Sequence record: OR455461.1
Strand: one strand, 5' to 3'
From: Staphylococcus phage AH12
DNA: 64,000 bases
The notes below the pieces were generated by a model. It was given only the letters and a program-made list of their open reading frames with translations, was not told the DNA's origin and ran no database searches. Position 1 is the first letter of the stretch. The number at the start of each line of letters is the position of its first letter. Below, piece by piece: positions 20,501 to 30,275 of the stretch. The translations under genes were made by a program, and so were the position numbers.

Positions 20501-23500
20501 ATGATTCTGAAGATGGAGCATTTCCTGCTGGTACTAAAGTATCTGGTACATTTACTGATGATAATGTACAATGGTCTTTAATTAAAGACGAAGATGTTCC
20601 TAATGAAGATAAAGATGATGATCCAGAAGAATTTAATGGTTGGTACCATAGACAAGCATTAATAACTAAAGAAAATATTAGAGGTACTAATGGATTCTTA
20701 TACGGTACATTCTATACTACGTTATTCTTTAAAGTAAACCAATCTGAAGATTCTGATATAGTTGAATTTGAAGATGGATCTGATGAACCTAAATTCTGGA
20801 TAACTAATTTAGAAATGTATGATGTTACTGGATTAGAATCTGTTAGAAAAACTGTAATAGATACTAATGAATTAGTAGCTACTATGATGACTAAAAAAGA
20901 AATGGATGATTACCGTAAGCAAGTTATAGAAGGTTTCTCTGAAGTTAGTCAAACAGTAGATATGATTCGTCAAGAAGTAACTAAAAAGATTAATGATCTT
21001 GATGATAAAGTTATTAATGAAGTTACTTCTCGCATAGAAACTATAGCAGGACAAATAGACTTAGTTTCTGAAGCTCAAAGGGTAGATAAAGAAGAAGTAG
21101 ATAAACAACTAGGTGAACTTAAAATAGAAACTGATAAGATTTCATCTATAGTTCAAAGAGTAACTTCCACTGAAAGTAGTTTTAGTGATTTATCAACTAA
21201 AGTTGATCAACTTAATGATAGTTATTCAATCACCGCTGAGAAAGTTACCAAACAAGGTGAAAATATAACAGATCTTACAGGTCAATTAACAGTAGCTAAT
21301 GATGCTATTTCACAAGAAGTCCAAGATAGAAAATCTGCAATTAATGATACTACTGAAACTTTAACTGGTAAAATAACAACCACTGCAGATTCTATTAGAC
21401 AAGAAGTATCTAAAGATTATGCAACTAAAAGTAGTGTTAATGAAACAGTTTCATCTTTAAACACTTCAATAACTGCAGAAATTGGTAGAATTGATCAACG
21501 TGTTACTTCTGAAACTAGTACTGAATCTATTTCTGGTAAAGTTAAAATTGGTGCCAAAAATATGATTGCTGGAACAGAAAAATTTGATTTACCTTTCTTA
21601 GCTAGTATTACTAAAAAAGATAATAATGGTATTACTTATGCTAATACCAAAACAAATTTAGCTGAAGTTTCCCAAATAGTTGCAGTTAAACCTAATACAA
21701 ATTATGTATTGAGTTATGATGCTTATTCAGCAGCTGCATCTCCAGTAATTAAAACACCTATTACGAAAGCTTCAACATTAACTACTGAAGTTTCTCCTAA
21801 AGACTATTTAATTACTTTAACTGAAAGTGCTAAAACATTAACTACTACACCTACTAGATATGAATTGAAATTTAACTCTAAAACTAATAATTTCCTTAAA
21901 ATTCAGTTCACTGCGGATAATACAACCAAGGATACTTATGTAGGTCATATTCAATTAGAAGAAGGTAATGTAGCATCTACATGGGATATTTCTCCAGAAG
22001 ATTATAAGAGTAGATTTGCTAAGAATGAAACTCGTATAACTCAAACTGAGAAGGATATTACACTTAATGCTTCTTCTATTACACAATTAGATACTAAAAC
22101 TACTAACCAATATAGTGAATTAAAAGTAGAAACTGATAAGATCACTTCCATTGTTAGTAAGCAAGACGAAATGGATGGTAAAATTGCATCTAATACTTCT
22201 AGCATTCAACAGTTACCAGGTCAAATAACATCACAAGTTTCTGCTGTTGAAAGTAGAGTTAATGAGAATATTAATAATATACAAGTCGGTGCTAGAAATT
22301 TATTAGAGGATAGTAGGTCTTATAATAAAGGAATTAATGATAATTCGAATAACACTTACACGCAATTATGGTATATCAATATCAATTCAATTAAAGATAA
22401 AGTCTCTCTAGATGATAATCTTACGATTTCATTTGATTTACAGATGCAAAAAGGACTATATTTTAGTATATATGATACTCAAAAACATGGAACGATTCAA
22501 TTTGGTAAAGTCACTAAAACTAATTTAGGAACTAATAAATTTAGATATTCTGCAACTATGAAATTAACTTCCGCTACTAAAAATAGTGATGATTGGTATA
22601 TTTATGCATATAATAATAATGCTACTGATGATAAATTTACTATTGAAAATATTAAGATAGAAAAAGGTAATAAAGCTACTGACTGGTCTCCAGCTCCTGA
22701 AGATATTAATTCACAAATCAATAATATACAAGTAGGGTCTAGAAATTTATTAAAAGATTCTAAAATAAATAAAACTACTAGTATTTATGAAATTAATGAT
22801 TTCTATCTAACAGAAAATATAGAAGAAGGAACCGAAGTCACATTCACTATGAAAGCTGATTTAGGTTCAGATAGAAAATACTTTTCTTTGTATAATTCCG
22901 GTGGTTTGGTTATGCAACAAGTTAATTTATATCCTTCTGATAAAAATAGTAGAGGTATATTCTCTAGAACATTTAAATGGAAAAAAACGAGAGATGGTGG
23001 GACTGTTGCATCCAATACTTTCTTAAGAGTATATCATATGGAAAAAACAAATACGAGTAATTCTACTATTTATTGGGCTAAACTTGAATATGGAAATAAA
23101 TCCACTGACTGGACTCCAGCACCAGAAGATATTGATAATAAAATAGATAATAGTGTAACTTCATTAACTACTTCTATCAATCAATTACCAGATCAAATAT
23201 TATTAGAAGCTAAGAAAACCACTATAACTGAAATTGGTAAAATTGAGGTTGGTGGTAGAAATTTATTAAATGATAGTAAACCATCTTCAAGTTCTTATTG
23301 GAGATTTACTGAATCTAGTAAAAGTAGTGATAATATTAATCATACTCAAATTAATGGTGAGTTACCTATTGTAAATAAACAGAATTCATGGAAACAGTGG
23401 CAAATATATAGTAATGATAAATTTAGTGATAAATATGTAGATAATTTGAATAAATTAGATGCCGGTTCCTTATATACACTATCAGTAGATATTAAAAAAA

Positions 23501-26169
23501 TAGACATTAATTCTACAGGTAATGCCCAAATAATGATTAGATTTGACTCTCCATCAGGAGCAACTAATAAACTTAGTAGAGATATAGATATAGAAAGTGA
23601 ATTAACTAGTAGCTGGAAGAGATTTTCCATAACTGATACAATAACATCTGAAGATTTAGCATCAAATACACTTGTAAGAATTATATTATCATATGCAGGT
23701 GGTAGTAAAACTAATAATGGTTCTATTTCTTTTAAAAATGTTAAATTAGAAAAAGGTAATAAAGCTACTGACTGGACACCGTCTACAGAAGATATAGAGA
23801 CTTCCATATCAACTGTATCATCTAAAATAGATCAACGAGCTGATTCAATTGAATTAAGCGTAAATAAAATTAATGATACGCTTAATGCAGACAATATATT
23901 AATAAATTCAGACTTGAGTAATGGATGGGAAGGCTGGACTCAAAGTGATACAGCTACTTCTAAAAGCTTAAATTACGTTGAAGAAGTGTCTAATGCATAT
24001 TGGATCTTTACTAATTCTGGAACTGAAGTTGCTGTTACTAATAAAGATCTTAAAGATCAAGATTATTTATCCTTAACTTCAAAATCAGAAGGTTGGAAAC
24101 AATGGCAAGTATCAGACATAGATTATAAAGATGGTAATGGTAGTCCTAAGATGTCTAAAATAACTGCTGGAACATATACAATGAGTATGCAAGTTAGAAA
24201 AGATGCTGGAAGTACTGGTATACTTAAACCTTTTATCAGAATTAATAAAGGATCTTCAACTACTGATCCATTAGTTTATGAAATGGATGTAGATAGTACT
24301 TTAGATACTGAATGGAAATGGATTACTGCTAAAGCTACAATAACTGCAGCTCAATTAACTGATAAAACACAAATTCGTTTTATTATAGTATATCAAGGTT
24401 CAGGAACAGGAACCGTTTATGCTAGAAATATTCGTCTAGATAAAGCGGACAATCCACAACCACCTAGATTTAGTATCCCTGAAGACAATGACTTCTCTAT
24501 AAATACAGATGGTAATATGGCAATTTCACCTAGATATAGAGACGATTTTATATCTAGAGGAGTTTATAAACGTACAGTAATTAATCTATCAAAACCTTTT
24601 GTAAAAGGTAAAACTTATAAATTTGCTTTTGATTATAGTATATTAACAGGAAGTAATTCTGCTAGTAAAATATCAATATTTCCTTATAGATATCCTTGGG
24701 GTGGAAATTTCCCAAATGAAGCTAGCTCTGCTAATAGAGTTGATTATTCTGTTAATATTAATTCTAGAAATATTATTGAATTTACTGTTAATGAAGAAGG
24801 ATGTAATCAATTATTATTATATGGTGCACCTGCTGGAAGCTCAGATAACTCAGGAATTAATGCATTATTCGAAAATATTAAACTGGTTGAAAAAGTTGAT
24901 GGAAATGAAGATATGACATTTAATCCAAGTGCTGTTAAAAGTGTTTTTAGATATAAGCATAATAACTTCGGCTCAAGTTGGCCTTCCATAATATCTAACT
25001 ATATATCTATTGGTAGAGGTAGTGACTTTAGTGTAGGTGATGAAATTACAATGTCAGCTTATATTTATGTACCTTCAAGTGCTAAATATAAAATGAAAGG
25101 TTCAATATATTTTGAAACTGCCACATATGAAAATGTAAATCAAAATGGAAATCCTATGTTTGGTAGGTATTCTTCTACTCAAAATCCTATACAATATGAT
25201 ACTTGGGTAAGATACAGTTTTACTGCAAAAATTCCTAGAACATCATCCAATGGTATTACTAACTATGTAAGAGTTCTATTAAGATATAATAATGGAACTG
25301 TGAGTAATGATGTTGATGATGATAATGTGTTTTATTATGCTTTACCTAAATTGGAGAAAGGTAATAAAACAGTAACACAATGGACTCCATCTACTTTAGA
25401 TAGATTTAGTACAGAATCAATGTCAAGTAAAATTGCAATGAATAGTGAAGCAATTAAAATGATTTCTAGAAATATTGATTTAAATACAGATAAAGTTAGA
25501 ATTTATAATGATAAAGGTAACTTAAGTTTCACTAATGATGTTCTGAGAATATCTAAAACTGCGTTAGATGCAGATAATTATGTAGAGATAAATTCAGCTG
25601 GATTAAACATTAGAAAAAATGGCGTAGACACTATGGTCGATGGAATGTTTAAAGGTGAGACTAACGTTCAAGCTACATTTCCTTCAGTAAGAAGTGCAAA
25701 CCCTCCAGGTTCAGGTTCATATGACGGTCTTTACCATATAGCAGAAGATCATGTTACTGGTGCATATTATATAGATGCAGCAATGTATAAATATAGTGCC
25801 GATAAAAAATATCTAGTTGAGAATGGTGGATCTCAGAATGCATTAGCTGGAACATATTCTTACTTTCATGATAAGAGATATTTAGTTGTAAGTTTAAGTT
25901 ATACTACTACTAAAAATGCAAACTTACACGTAACTGTTGCTGCAGGTGTTGGTTGGAAAACAGATTCAAAAACTGATCTACACTTTGATAAAAAATATAC
26001 AACTTCAAGCAATGGAGTCATTGTTGAATATATAGATATAGGAAAACCTACAAATATGTATAGAACACTAGTTATTGAATTAGGTGTAACAGGGACTACT
26101 ACTAAGGGTGAAGGCGGTTTCGTTCAATTTAAGAGACTTGCACTTAGCAATTTCAATTCAATATCATAA
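17539..26169 (+). CDS. Giant fibre or virion structural protein (2876 aa); TTG start
   Basis: The N-terminal half is coiled-coil rich. The C-terminal half has at least 6 repeated about 150-aa modules, each starting with (I/V)QVG.RNLL.DS and ending with LE+GNKATDW.P.PEDI (for example 21960, 22660, 23085, 23745, 25355). RBS GGAAGGA upstream of the TTG. Confidence 0.7.
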   Translation: MISILNTDRNRIENKIISDTFENVLSYEKLVYDFKNKTEVINLTFKNKNYIPLNSYITVLDESKNESEFVCIKENDKDSILIPAYTKDLNNKFTSSTQELKGSLKSIIQTLLLNTGYKVEFNDLVQDEEIIVKESKKTIYEKLLDILFEKDLSIRHKYDLDKNERTLIINKGKDLRKSNPKEINGRIPGFEFNIDKSNIKTALIVYDKTSKESITVRDSINQKRFIKNNEYIFDTIEVENKSKEEMEDIANLKLKESSLNSIELKLTGLVLRQWTNCHYNKFISSQIFIDYKIVSPELISGFQINKLERSLFDYNIERFNFFASYKSSNEVNSPELISNYLNEGNTNIIIDENSYSDSNDMKLLENLINKKMESIKEYIDNITNNSNSEGSIGLGNLKSNKELNFDAIISDYNIIKSQKDTVNNQLKSIFDSSYLKEDSIKIQVRDKIKEIDNGFENLKSSVNTLNRADQDEELMKNINKDFISFYNIIKSTKNIIEISNEAINLEMNKLQNEYSHGIKDTVFNEIARVLGLSYDSKTQVLKGNINLMSDINDIRNSMDLMRDKVSRIENDLSDSGVVLRGQLDNLKENIANVLGLPLNSESGMIDGSIDNQDLIDKIKQQISDVKDNIETSKNNLIEVKKDLETQQDELQQKSLDIDSVMAEANLVREELTQELETSQKEFDYYMDSRGDNLIFNGNADQGDESNFPGMYYDRSDAFQSAASFRMDGFNTTTQTERLIPVNPEKTYKLSMFLKNNNSLPSSIGHLSYDKDGQLIESQHVMGSEKPVITLAQELRQGDKVIYFNSLDGLDDTYRFQSASLDEEDDTPNYDYDRDGSVEITQNDDMLSIDDPNAVPDPEEENILYAEDTSVVSPEDATDPEDIDIPMSESDTPTETNSEVVDEDEAIKNMSNNYNISNAGIVNRNINPNLIDYNDNHSLVIWDFRSNDGYRYGESTYSRNVFMNAWDYGAIDRENNCIYLNRPFDLINYDSEDGAFPAGTKVSGTFTDDNVQWSLIKDEDVPNEDKDDDPEEFNGWYHRQALITKENIRGTNGFLYGTFYTTLFFKVNQSEDSDIVEFEDGSDEPKFWITNLEMYDVTGLESVRKTVIDTNELVATMMTKKEMDDYRKQVIEGFSEVSQTVDMIRQEVTKKINDLDDKVINEVTSRIETIAGQIDLVSEAQRVDKEEVDKQLGELKIETDKISSIVQRVTSTESSFSDLSTKVDQLNDSYSITAEKVTKQGENITDLTGQLTVANDAISQEVQDRKSAINDTTETLTGKITTTADSIRQEVSKDYATKSSVNETVSSLNTSITAEIGRIDQRVTSETSTESISGKVKIGAKNMIAGTEKFDLPFLASITKKDNNGITYANTKTNLAEVSQIVAVKPNTNYVLSYDAYSAAASPVIKTPITKASTLTTEVSPKDYLITLTESAKTLTTTPTRYELKFNSKTNNFLKIQFTADNTTKDTYVGHIQLEEGNVASTWDISPEDYKSRFAKNETRITQTEKDITLNASSITQLDTKTTNQYSELKVETDKITSIVSKQDEMDGKIASNTSSIQQLPGQITSQVSAVESRVNENINNIQVGARNLLEDSRSYNKGINDNSNNTYTQLWYININSIKDKVSLDDNLTISFDLQMQKGLYFSIYDTQKHGTIQFGKVTKTNLGTNKFRYSATMKLTSATKNSDDWYIYAYNNNATDDKFTIENIKIEKGNKATDWSPAPEDINSQINNIQVGSRNLLKDSKINKTTSIYEINDFYLTENIEEGTEVTFTMKADLGSDRKYFSLYNSGGLVMQQVNLYPSDKNSRGIFSRTFKWKKTRDGGTVASNTFLRVYHMEKTNTSNSTIYWAKLEYGNKSTDWTPAPEDIDNKIDNSVTSLTTSINQLPDQILLEAKKTTITEIGKIEVGGRNLLNDSKPSSSSYWRFTESSKSSDNINHTQINGELPIVNKQNSWKQWQIYSNDKFSDKYVDNLNKLDAGSLYTLSVDIKKIDINSTGNAQIMIRFDSPSGATNKLSRDIDIESELTSSWKRFSITDTITSEDLASNTLVRIILSYAGGSKTNNGSISFKNVKLEKGNKATDWTPSTEDIETSISTVSSKIDQRADSIELSVNKINDTLNADNILINSDLSNGWEGWTQSDTATSKSLNYVEEVSNAYWIFTNSGTEVAVTNKDLKDQDYLSLTSKSEGWKQWQVSDIDYKDGNGSPKMSKITAGTYTMSMQVRKDAGSTGILKPFIRINKGSSTTDPLVYEMDVDSTLDTEWKWITAKATITAAQLTDKTQIRFIIVYQGSGTGTVYARNIRLDKADNPQPPRFSIPEDNDFSINTDGNMAISPRYRDDFISRGVYKRTVINLSKPFVKGKTYKFAFDYSILTGSNSASKISIFPYRYPWGGNFPNEASSANRVDYSVNINSRNIIEFTVNEEGCNQLLLYGAPAGSSDNSGINALFENIKLVEKVDGNEDMTFNPSAVKSVFRYKHNNFGSSWPSIISNYISIGRGSDFSVGDEITMSAYIYVPSSAKYKMKGSIYFETATYENVNQNGNPMFGRYSSTQNPIQYDTWVRYSFTAKIPRTSSNGITNYVRVLLRYNNGTVSNDVDDDNVFYYALPKLEKGNKTVTQWTPSTLDRFSTESMSSKIAMNSEAIKMISRNIDLNTDKVRIYNDKGNLSFTNDVLRISKTALDADNYVEINSAGLNIRKNGVDTMVDGMFKGETNVQATFPSVRSANPPGSGSYDGLYHIAEDHVTGAYYIDAAMYKYSADKKYLVENGGSQNALAGTYSYFHDKRYLVVSLSYTTTKNANLHVTVAAGVGWKTDSKTDLHFDKKYTTSSNGVIVEYIDIGKPTNMYRTLVIELGVTGTTTKGEGGFVQFKRLALSNFNSIS

Positions 26170-26219
26170 AAATATTTAAACATTCTCTTATAATATAAAA
26201 TGAAGGAGAATGTTTAAAT

Positions 26220-26582
26220 ATGATAAAATCAAATGGTGTTGTTCCTGTTTTTGATACAAAATATGATACGACTGGAAATTTAATTTCAGGAAGATTGTCT
26301 CTTGTTATTGATACCGATCAAATAAAGTCGAATGGTGAATTTAATGAATATAAAGCAGGTCAAGTATTTTCTTCTGGTCCTTCTATAGTATTTATCATAG
26401 ATATGAATACTTATAATCAAGTTGAAAAATTAAAAATTGCTTTTATAGATGGATTACCTAATCTGCTTGTAAAAGATGGAGAAGAATTTGAAGAAATTGA
26501 AGATCAAGAAACTCCTGAAGAAAAAGAAATTCGTGAACTTCAAGAGAAATTAGCTGCATTAATGGCTAGTAGAAGTAAATAG
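26220..26582 (+). CDS. Hypothetical protein, possibly a fibre assembly or chaperone protein
   Basis: 120 aa, directly downstream of the giant fibre gene, with RBS AGGAGAATG. Confidence 0.45.
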   Translation: MIKSNGVVPVFDTKYDTTGNLISGRLSLVIDTDQIKSNGEFNEYKAGQVFSSGPSIVFIIDMNTYNQVEKLKIAFIDGLPNLLVKDGEEFEEIEDQETPEEKEIRELQEKLAALMASRSK

Positions 26583-26597
26583 GAGGAATTTTAGATT

Positions 26598-27035
26598 ATG
26601 GAAATTAATAAAAAATCTTTTATAGTAACATTTCATGCATCTTTAGTTGCTAAAGGTGTATTGGAATTAGAAGAAGTATCTGTAAATAACAATTTACAAG
26701 GATTGGTTGAAGAAGTTTTAAATGAAGTTGGTTTTGGAGAAAAAGAAAATAATGATGGTGTGGATACATCTTCATTCCAATCTACAGATACAGTATTACC
26801 AAAATCTCTACCTAAATCTTTACCAGATTATGAATATTCAGATGCGGAACCAGTTCCTTCAAAACCTGAAAATACACCTGTTGAAGCTGAGATCGATCCG
26901 ATTGATGAAGAACATCGTGTAGAAGGTTTTAATGAAGATTCAGAAGTTCAAGGTATTGGTAGAGCTACTGAAGTTGAACCTCAAGAAGATTCTGAAAATG
27001 AAAATTCTGCTCGTGGAGGAATTTTACCTCAATAA
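26598..27035 (+). CDS. Acidic hypothetical protein
   Basis: 145 aa, D/E-rich in the C-terminal half, with RBS AGGAGGAATT. Confidence 0.45.
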   Translation: MEINKKSFIVTFHASLVAKGVLELEEVSVNNNLQGLVEEVLNEVGFGEKENNDGVDTSSFQSTDTVLPKSLPKSLPDYEYSDAEPVPSKPENTPVEAEIDPIDEEHRVEGFNEDSEVQGIGRATEVEPQEDSENENSARGGILPQ

Positions 27036-27190
27036 TAGAGTTCATTAAGTTAATAAAAATAGAACAAAAATATATGAAAGTTACTTACATAGTATTTAGC
27101 TTTCATACTAACTTTTTCTTTGTTCTTTTCTGAGTTGACTCTATAAAGCTTTATTCTTTTTCTATTAATTTTTGGCAAAGTCTTCAAAAT

Positions 27191-27230
27191 GTCCTAACAA
27201 TCTCAATGATTGTTAGGACTATTTATTTGT
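27191..27230 (+). terminator. Rho-independent terminator
   Basis: GTCCTAACAATCTCAATGATTGTTAGGAC followed by TATTTATTTG. Confidence 0.5.
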
Positions 27231-27326
27231 AAGTTGATCAAATCTATCATAACTCTTGTTCATTCTATTGGAACAATGATTTATAAATAAATTAATTAAA
27301 TAGAAGAAAGGAAGGTAATTTATAAA

Positions 27327-27833
27327 ATGGAAAATAGTAAAGATAAAAATATTGTAGAAGATGAAAATGAAATTGACATTAATAATGATACTAATGAAAA
27401 TCTAATTGTAAAGATATACTACTATATTAAGCAATTTAAATTTTATTTAACCCCAATTTTCCTTTCTGTTTACGCAATAATTTACGGTATTCAATTTGTT
27501 TTTAGAACTAGAGAAGCGTATAGGACATCTGAATTATATATTGCGTTATCAAAATTTATGGATTTGCAAATATACGGTGTATTTTTATTAGTCTCGGGTT
27601 TTTGTATAGGTATTTCAATATTTTTAAATAAATATATAGGAAGACCTTTTTTAATTGTCGGTTCATTTATATCTTTTGTATTATTCTTCATATACGCTGT
27701 TATATCTTTAGATAGTGCAGGTATGCAATCTACTATGATTATTCGAATTGTATTTTCTTTTGTTAACTTATTCTTAGCAGTATTTACATTTTTAGAAATG
27801 AAAGTTGAGAATATTATAGATGAACGAAAATAA
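27327..27833 (+). CDS. Polytopic membrane protein (about 4 TM)
   Basis: 168 aa with four hydrophobic segments. RBS GAAAGGAAGG. Confidence 0.5.
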   Translation: MENSKDKNIVEDENEIDINNDTNENLIVKIYYYIKQFKFYLTPIFLSVYAIIYGIQFVFRTREAYRTSELYIALSKFMDLQIYGVFLLVSGFCIGISIFLNKYIGRPFLIVGSFISFVLFFIYAVISLDSAGMQSTMIIRIVFSFVNLFLAVFTFLEMKVENIIDERK

Positions 27834-28368
27834 ACATTTTCAAAATAACAAAAATATAACAGAATTAGACTTATATAAAGTTAATAATTCGTTAAAAGAG
27901 GAAATAGAAGAAAAATTCGATAAAAAGATTGAAGATATAAAAACAGACAATGTTAAAACTAATAGTACTTTAGTGAGAGTTGAAGTACTATTAGAGAATA
28001 TGGGAAAAAATACAGAAGAAATTAGAAAAGAAATGAAAGAAGATCGTGCAGTCAGAAAACTAGAAGAAGAAGACAGAATTAGAAGACATAATGATTTAGA
28101 AAAACAAATAATGTCTGTTAAAGATGAATTGAATGATAATGTAGAGACTGTAGAGAGAAAGCTTAGTGATGAAATTAAAGGAGTTAAATTAGGATTAGAT
28201 ACAAAACTTAATATTGATGATTTTGAGACTAAATTTGATAATATAGAAAAAGCTGAAAATGATAGTAACAAAGAGTCTAAAGCTTTTAGACGTAATGCTG
28301 CTTTAACTTTACTAACGGTATTACTATCACCTTCAGTTGTTTTATATTTAGTTCAAAAATTTTGGTAA
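27820..28368 (+). CDS. Coiled-coil protein with a C-terminal TM anchor
   Basis: 182 aa with a charged heptad-like body and the C-terminus AALTLLTVLLSPSVVLYLVQKFW. Confidence 0.5.
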   Translation: MNENKHFQNNKNITELDLYKVNNSLKEEIEEKFDKKIEDIKTDNVKTNSTLVRVEVLLENMGKNTEEIRKEMKEDRAVRKLEEEDRIRRHNDLEKQIMSVKDELNDNVETVERKLSDEIKGVKLGLDTKLNIDDFETKFDNIEKAENDSNKESKAFRRNAALTLLTVLLSPSVVLYLVQKFW

Positions 28369-28396
28369 CGATAACATAGAAAGTAGGAAAATTTTA

Positions 28397-28921
28397 ATGG
28401 CAAAGAATTTAAAAGTAGGTAAAGATAAATATATTAATGTATTAGTTAGATTTAAAAATAAAGCATGGACGGCTGCTTTATTAGTTCAATTAGTCAACGT
28501 AGTTATTTTCTTAATTCGTGCTTTTGGTGGAGAAGTTACTGGTGACACTGAAACTAATGTTTTAAGTATTGTTCAAGTTTTAGCAGGTGTTATATCTAGT
28601 TTAATTGGTCGTTTTATAGACAGTACTACTGAAGGATTAGCTGACTCTGAACGTAACCTAGTTAAAAGTAGACCTACTGTAAATAATGAAAAATCTCTTC
28701 AAGCAGTGGACTATGACGGTACAGTTCTTCCTCCAGTAAAGCCTTTTTTGGAGCAAGAGAACAGCCAAGAAACTACAAACTTACAAAACAATCAAAATTC
28801 AAATGAAAGTAATTTTGGCGGTGGATCAGTAGGTAGTGAAACTATTGATAATGAAGTTAATATAGATTCTAATTACAATCCAGAAATATTTGGTGGAGGA
28901 TCTTCTTCTGAAGATAATTAA
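28397..28921 (+). CDS. Membrane-anchored protein with a G/S-rich C-terminus
   Basis: 174 aa with TM segment AALLVQLVNVVIFLI and two GGGS tails (FGGGSVGSE, FGGGSSSED). Confidence 0.5.
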   Translation: MAKNLKVGKDKYINVLVRFKNKAWTAALLVQLVNVVIFLIRAFGGEVTGDTETNVLSIVQVLAGVISSLIGRFIDSTTEGLADSERNLVKSRPTVNNEKSLQAVDYDGTVLPPVKPFLEQENSQETTNLQNNQNSNESNFGGGSVGSETIDNEVNIDSNYNPEIFGGGSSSEDN

Positions 28922-28943
28922 AATTAATAATAAACATAATTTA

Positions 28944-28981
28944 CGGTAACACTCTTAGTTGAGTGTTACCGTTATTTTATA
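28944..28981 (+). terminator. Rho-independent terminator
   Basis: CGGTAACACTCTTAGTTGAGTGTTACCG followed by TTATTTTAT. Confidence 0.55.
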
Positions 28982-29049
28982 AAAATTTTTAATACATATA
29001 TAACGTTAATATTATAAATTAATGTGTTACTTAGAAAGGGAGTTTAGGG

Positions 29050-29679
29050 GTGGCAAAAAAGAAAAAAGAAGTTCCTAAGAAGATACTAGATAAAATTGAA
29101 GAAGCTAAAAAATGTAATATAGATATGAATAAAAAAGAAAATTCTATTATAATAAATATTGAAGACCATGAAGTTTATCAATATTTAAGACACCGTAGAA
29201 ATGGTTATAGAATGTATGATCCTCTACATGCTTATAAAAAAGTATTAGAAGATATGTTTAAAAATTTATTAATAATAAATGATGATGTAAATGAATTAAT
29301 TAAAGAAAATTTCAATAATGCAATAGATATAACTTTAATAGTAGAATGTAATCCAGTTAACAATACAGATTCTATTAAAAAAATATTATATAAATTATTA
29401 GGTAAAGTTTTTAGAGTTAAAACACCTGATACAGATAATTTTCAAAAAACTATATTCGATATTATGAATGATATATTTTGGAAAGATGATGCACAAATTG
29501 TTAAAATTAATGCAGAGAAAAAATACTCATATGATTTTAAAGATAAGACTTACATAAAACTAACTTATCATGAAGATCATAAAGATTATGAAAAAGGTTC
29601 ATTAACTAAAGAAGAAAAAGAGCAATATAAAGAATTAATCGAAAAAATTAAAATGTATAAAGAAAGAGGTATTTTATAA
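29050..29679 (+). CDS. Hypothetical protein
   Basis: 209-aa ORF with RBS AGGGAGTTTAGGGGTG. Confidence 0.5.
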   Translation: MAKKKKEVPKKILDKIEEAKKCNIDMNKKENSIIINIEDHEVYQYLRHRRNGYRMYDPLHAYKKVLEDMFKNLLIINDDVNELIKENFNNAIDITLIVECNPVNNTDSIKKILYKLLGKVFRVKTPDTDNFQKTIFDIMNDIFWKDDAQIVKINAEKKYSYDFKDKTYIKLTYHEDHKDYEKGSLTKEEKEQYKELIEKIKMYKERGIL

Positions 29680-29680
29680 A

Positions 29681-30196
29681 ATGGCTGAAATGAAAAATAG
29701 TAGAGATGTATTAATCGGAGAAGAAAAAGATATTAGAGATTTACAATTATTAATGAGAATTAGAAATAATATTATGAATTATGTAGATGTAGAAAATACA
29801 ATTGATATTATTCGAAATGTAATTAATGATTCTGAAAACTTTAGCTTTAGATCTAAACAGGCAGAAAAATTTATTGATGTTAAAAAACCTGTATTTGTTA
29901 TTAAATTAGATGATAGTGAATTATCTGCTAAGAACAAACAAAGCTTTGAAGGTAGTGAAAGTGATTATCAAAGTTATATAGATAATTATGAAAAAGATGT
30001 AGCTGATAAACTTGATAGAGAAGTTTTAAAATATATAGGTAAAGCTATTTTTGATTCTATTAAAGATGATAGTGAATTGGATAGATTATTAAAAGATAAT
30101 GAGCTAGAAATGAAAGATTTAATGATTACAAATATTTATGTGTATAAATTATCAGATCCTTATACTAATGCAATCAATCTTTCATTATTTATTTAA
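29681..30196 (+). CDS. Hypothetical protein
   Basis: 171-aa ORF, translationally coupled to the upstream gene. Confidence 0.5.
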   Translation: MAEMKNSRDVLIGEEKDIRDLQLLMRIRNNIMNYVDVENTIDIIRNVINDSENFSFRSKQAEKFIDVKKPVFVIKLDDSELSAKNKQSFEGSESDYQSYIDNYEKDVADKLDREVLKYIGKAIFDSIKDDSELDRLLKDNELEMKDLMITNIYVYKLSDPYTNAINLSLFI

Positions 30197-30275
30197 TACA
30201 TGAATACTATTAAAACTAGTAAAACATTCTCTTATAATAATAAAAATAAGAGCGAAAGTTTGGTGAATATTCATA

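Noticed and set aside
20872-24989. Several 60-150-aa ORFs on both strands inside the giant fibre gene (20872..21054, 22803..23015, 23346..23807, 24701..24916, 24807..24989)
   Set aside because: They are embedded in or antisense to a 2876-aa ORF with strong periodic protein repeats. They are compositional artefacts of AT-rich DNA.
27840-28271. Minus-strand 143-aa ORF
   Set aside because: It is antisense to the plus-strand coiled-coil gene 27820..28368 and is serine/leucine-rich low complexity.
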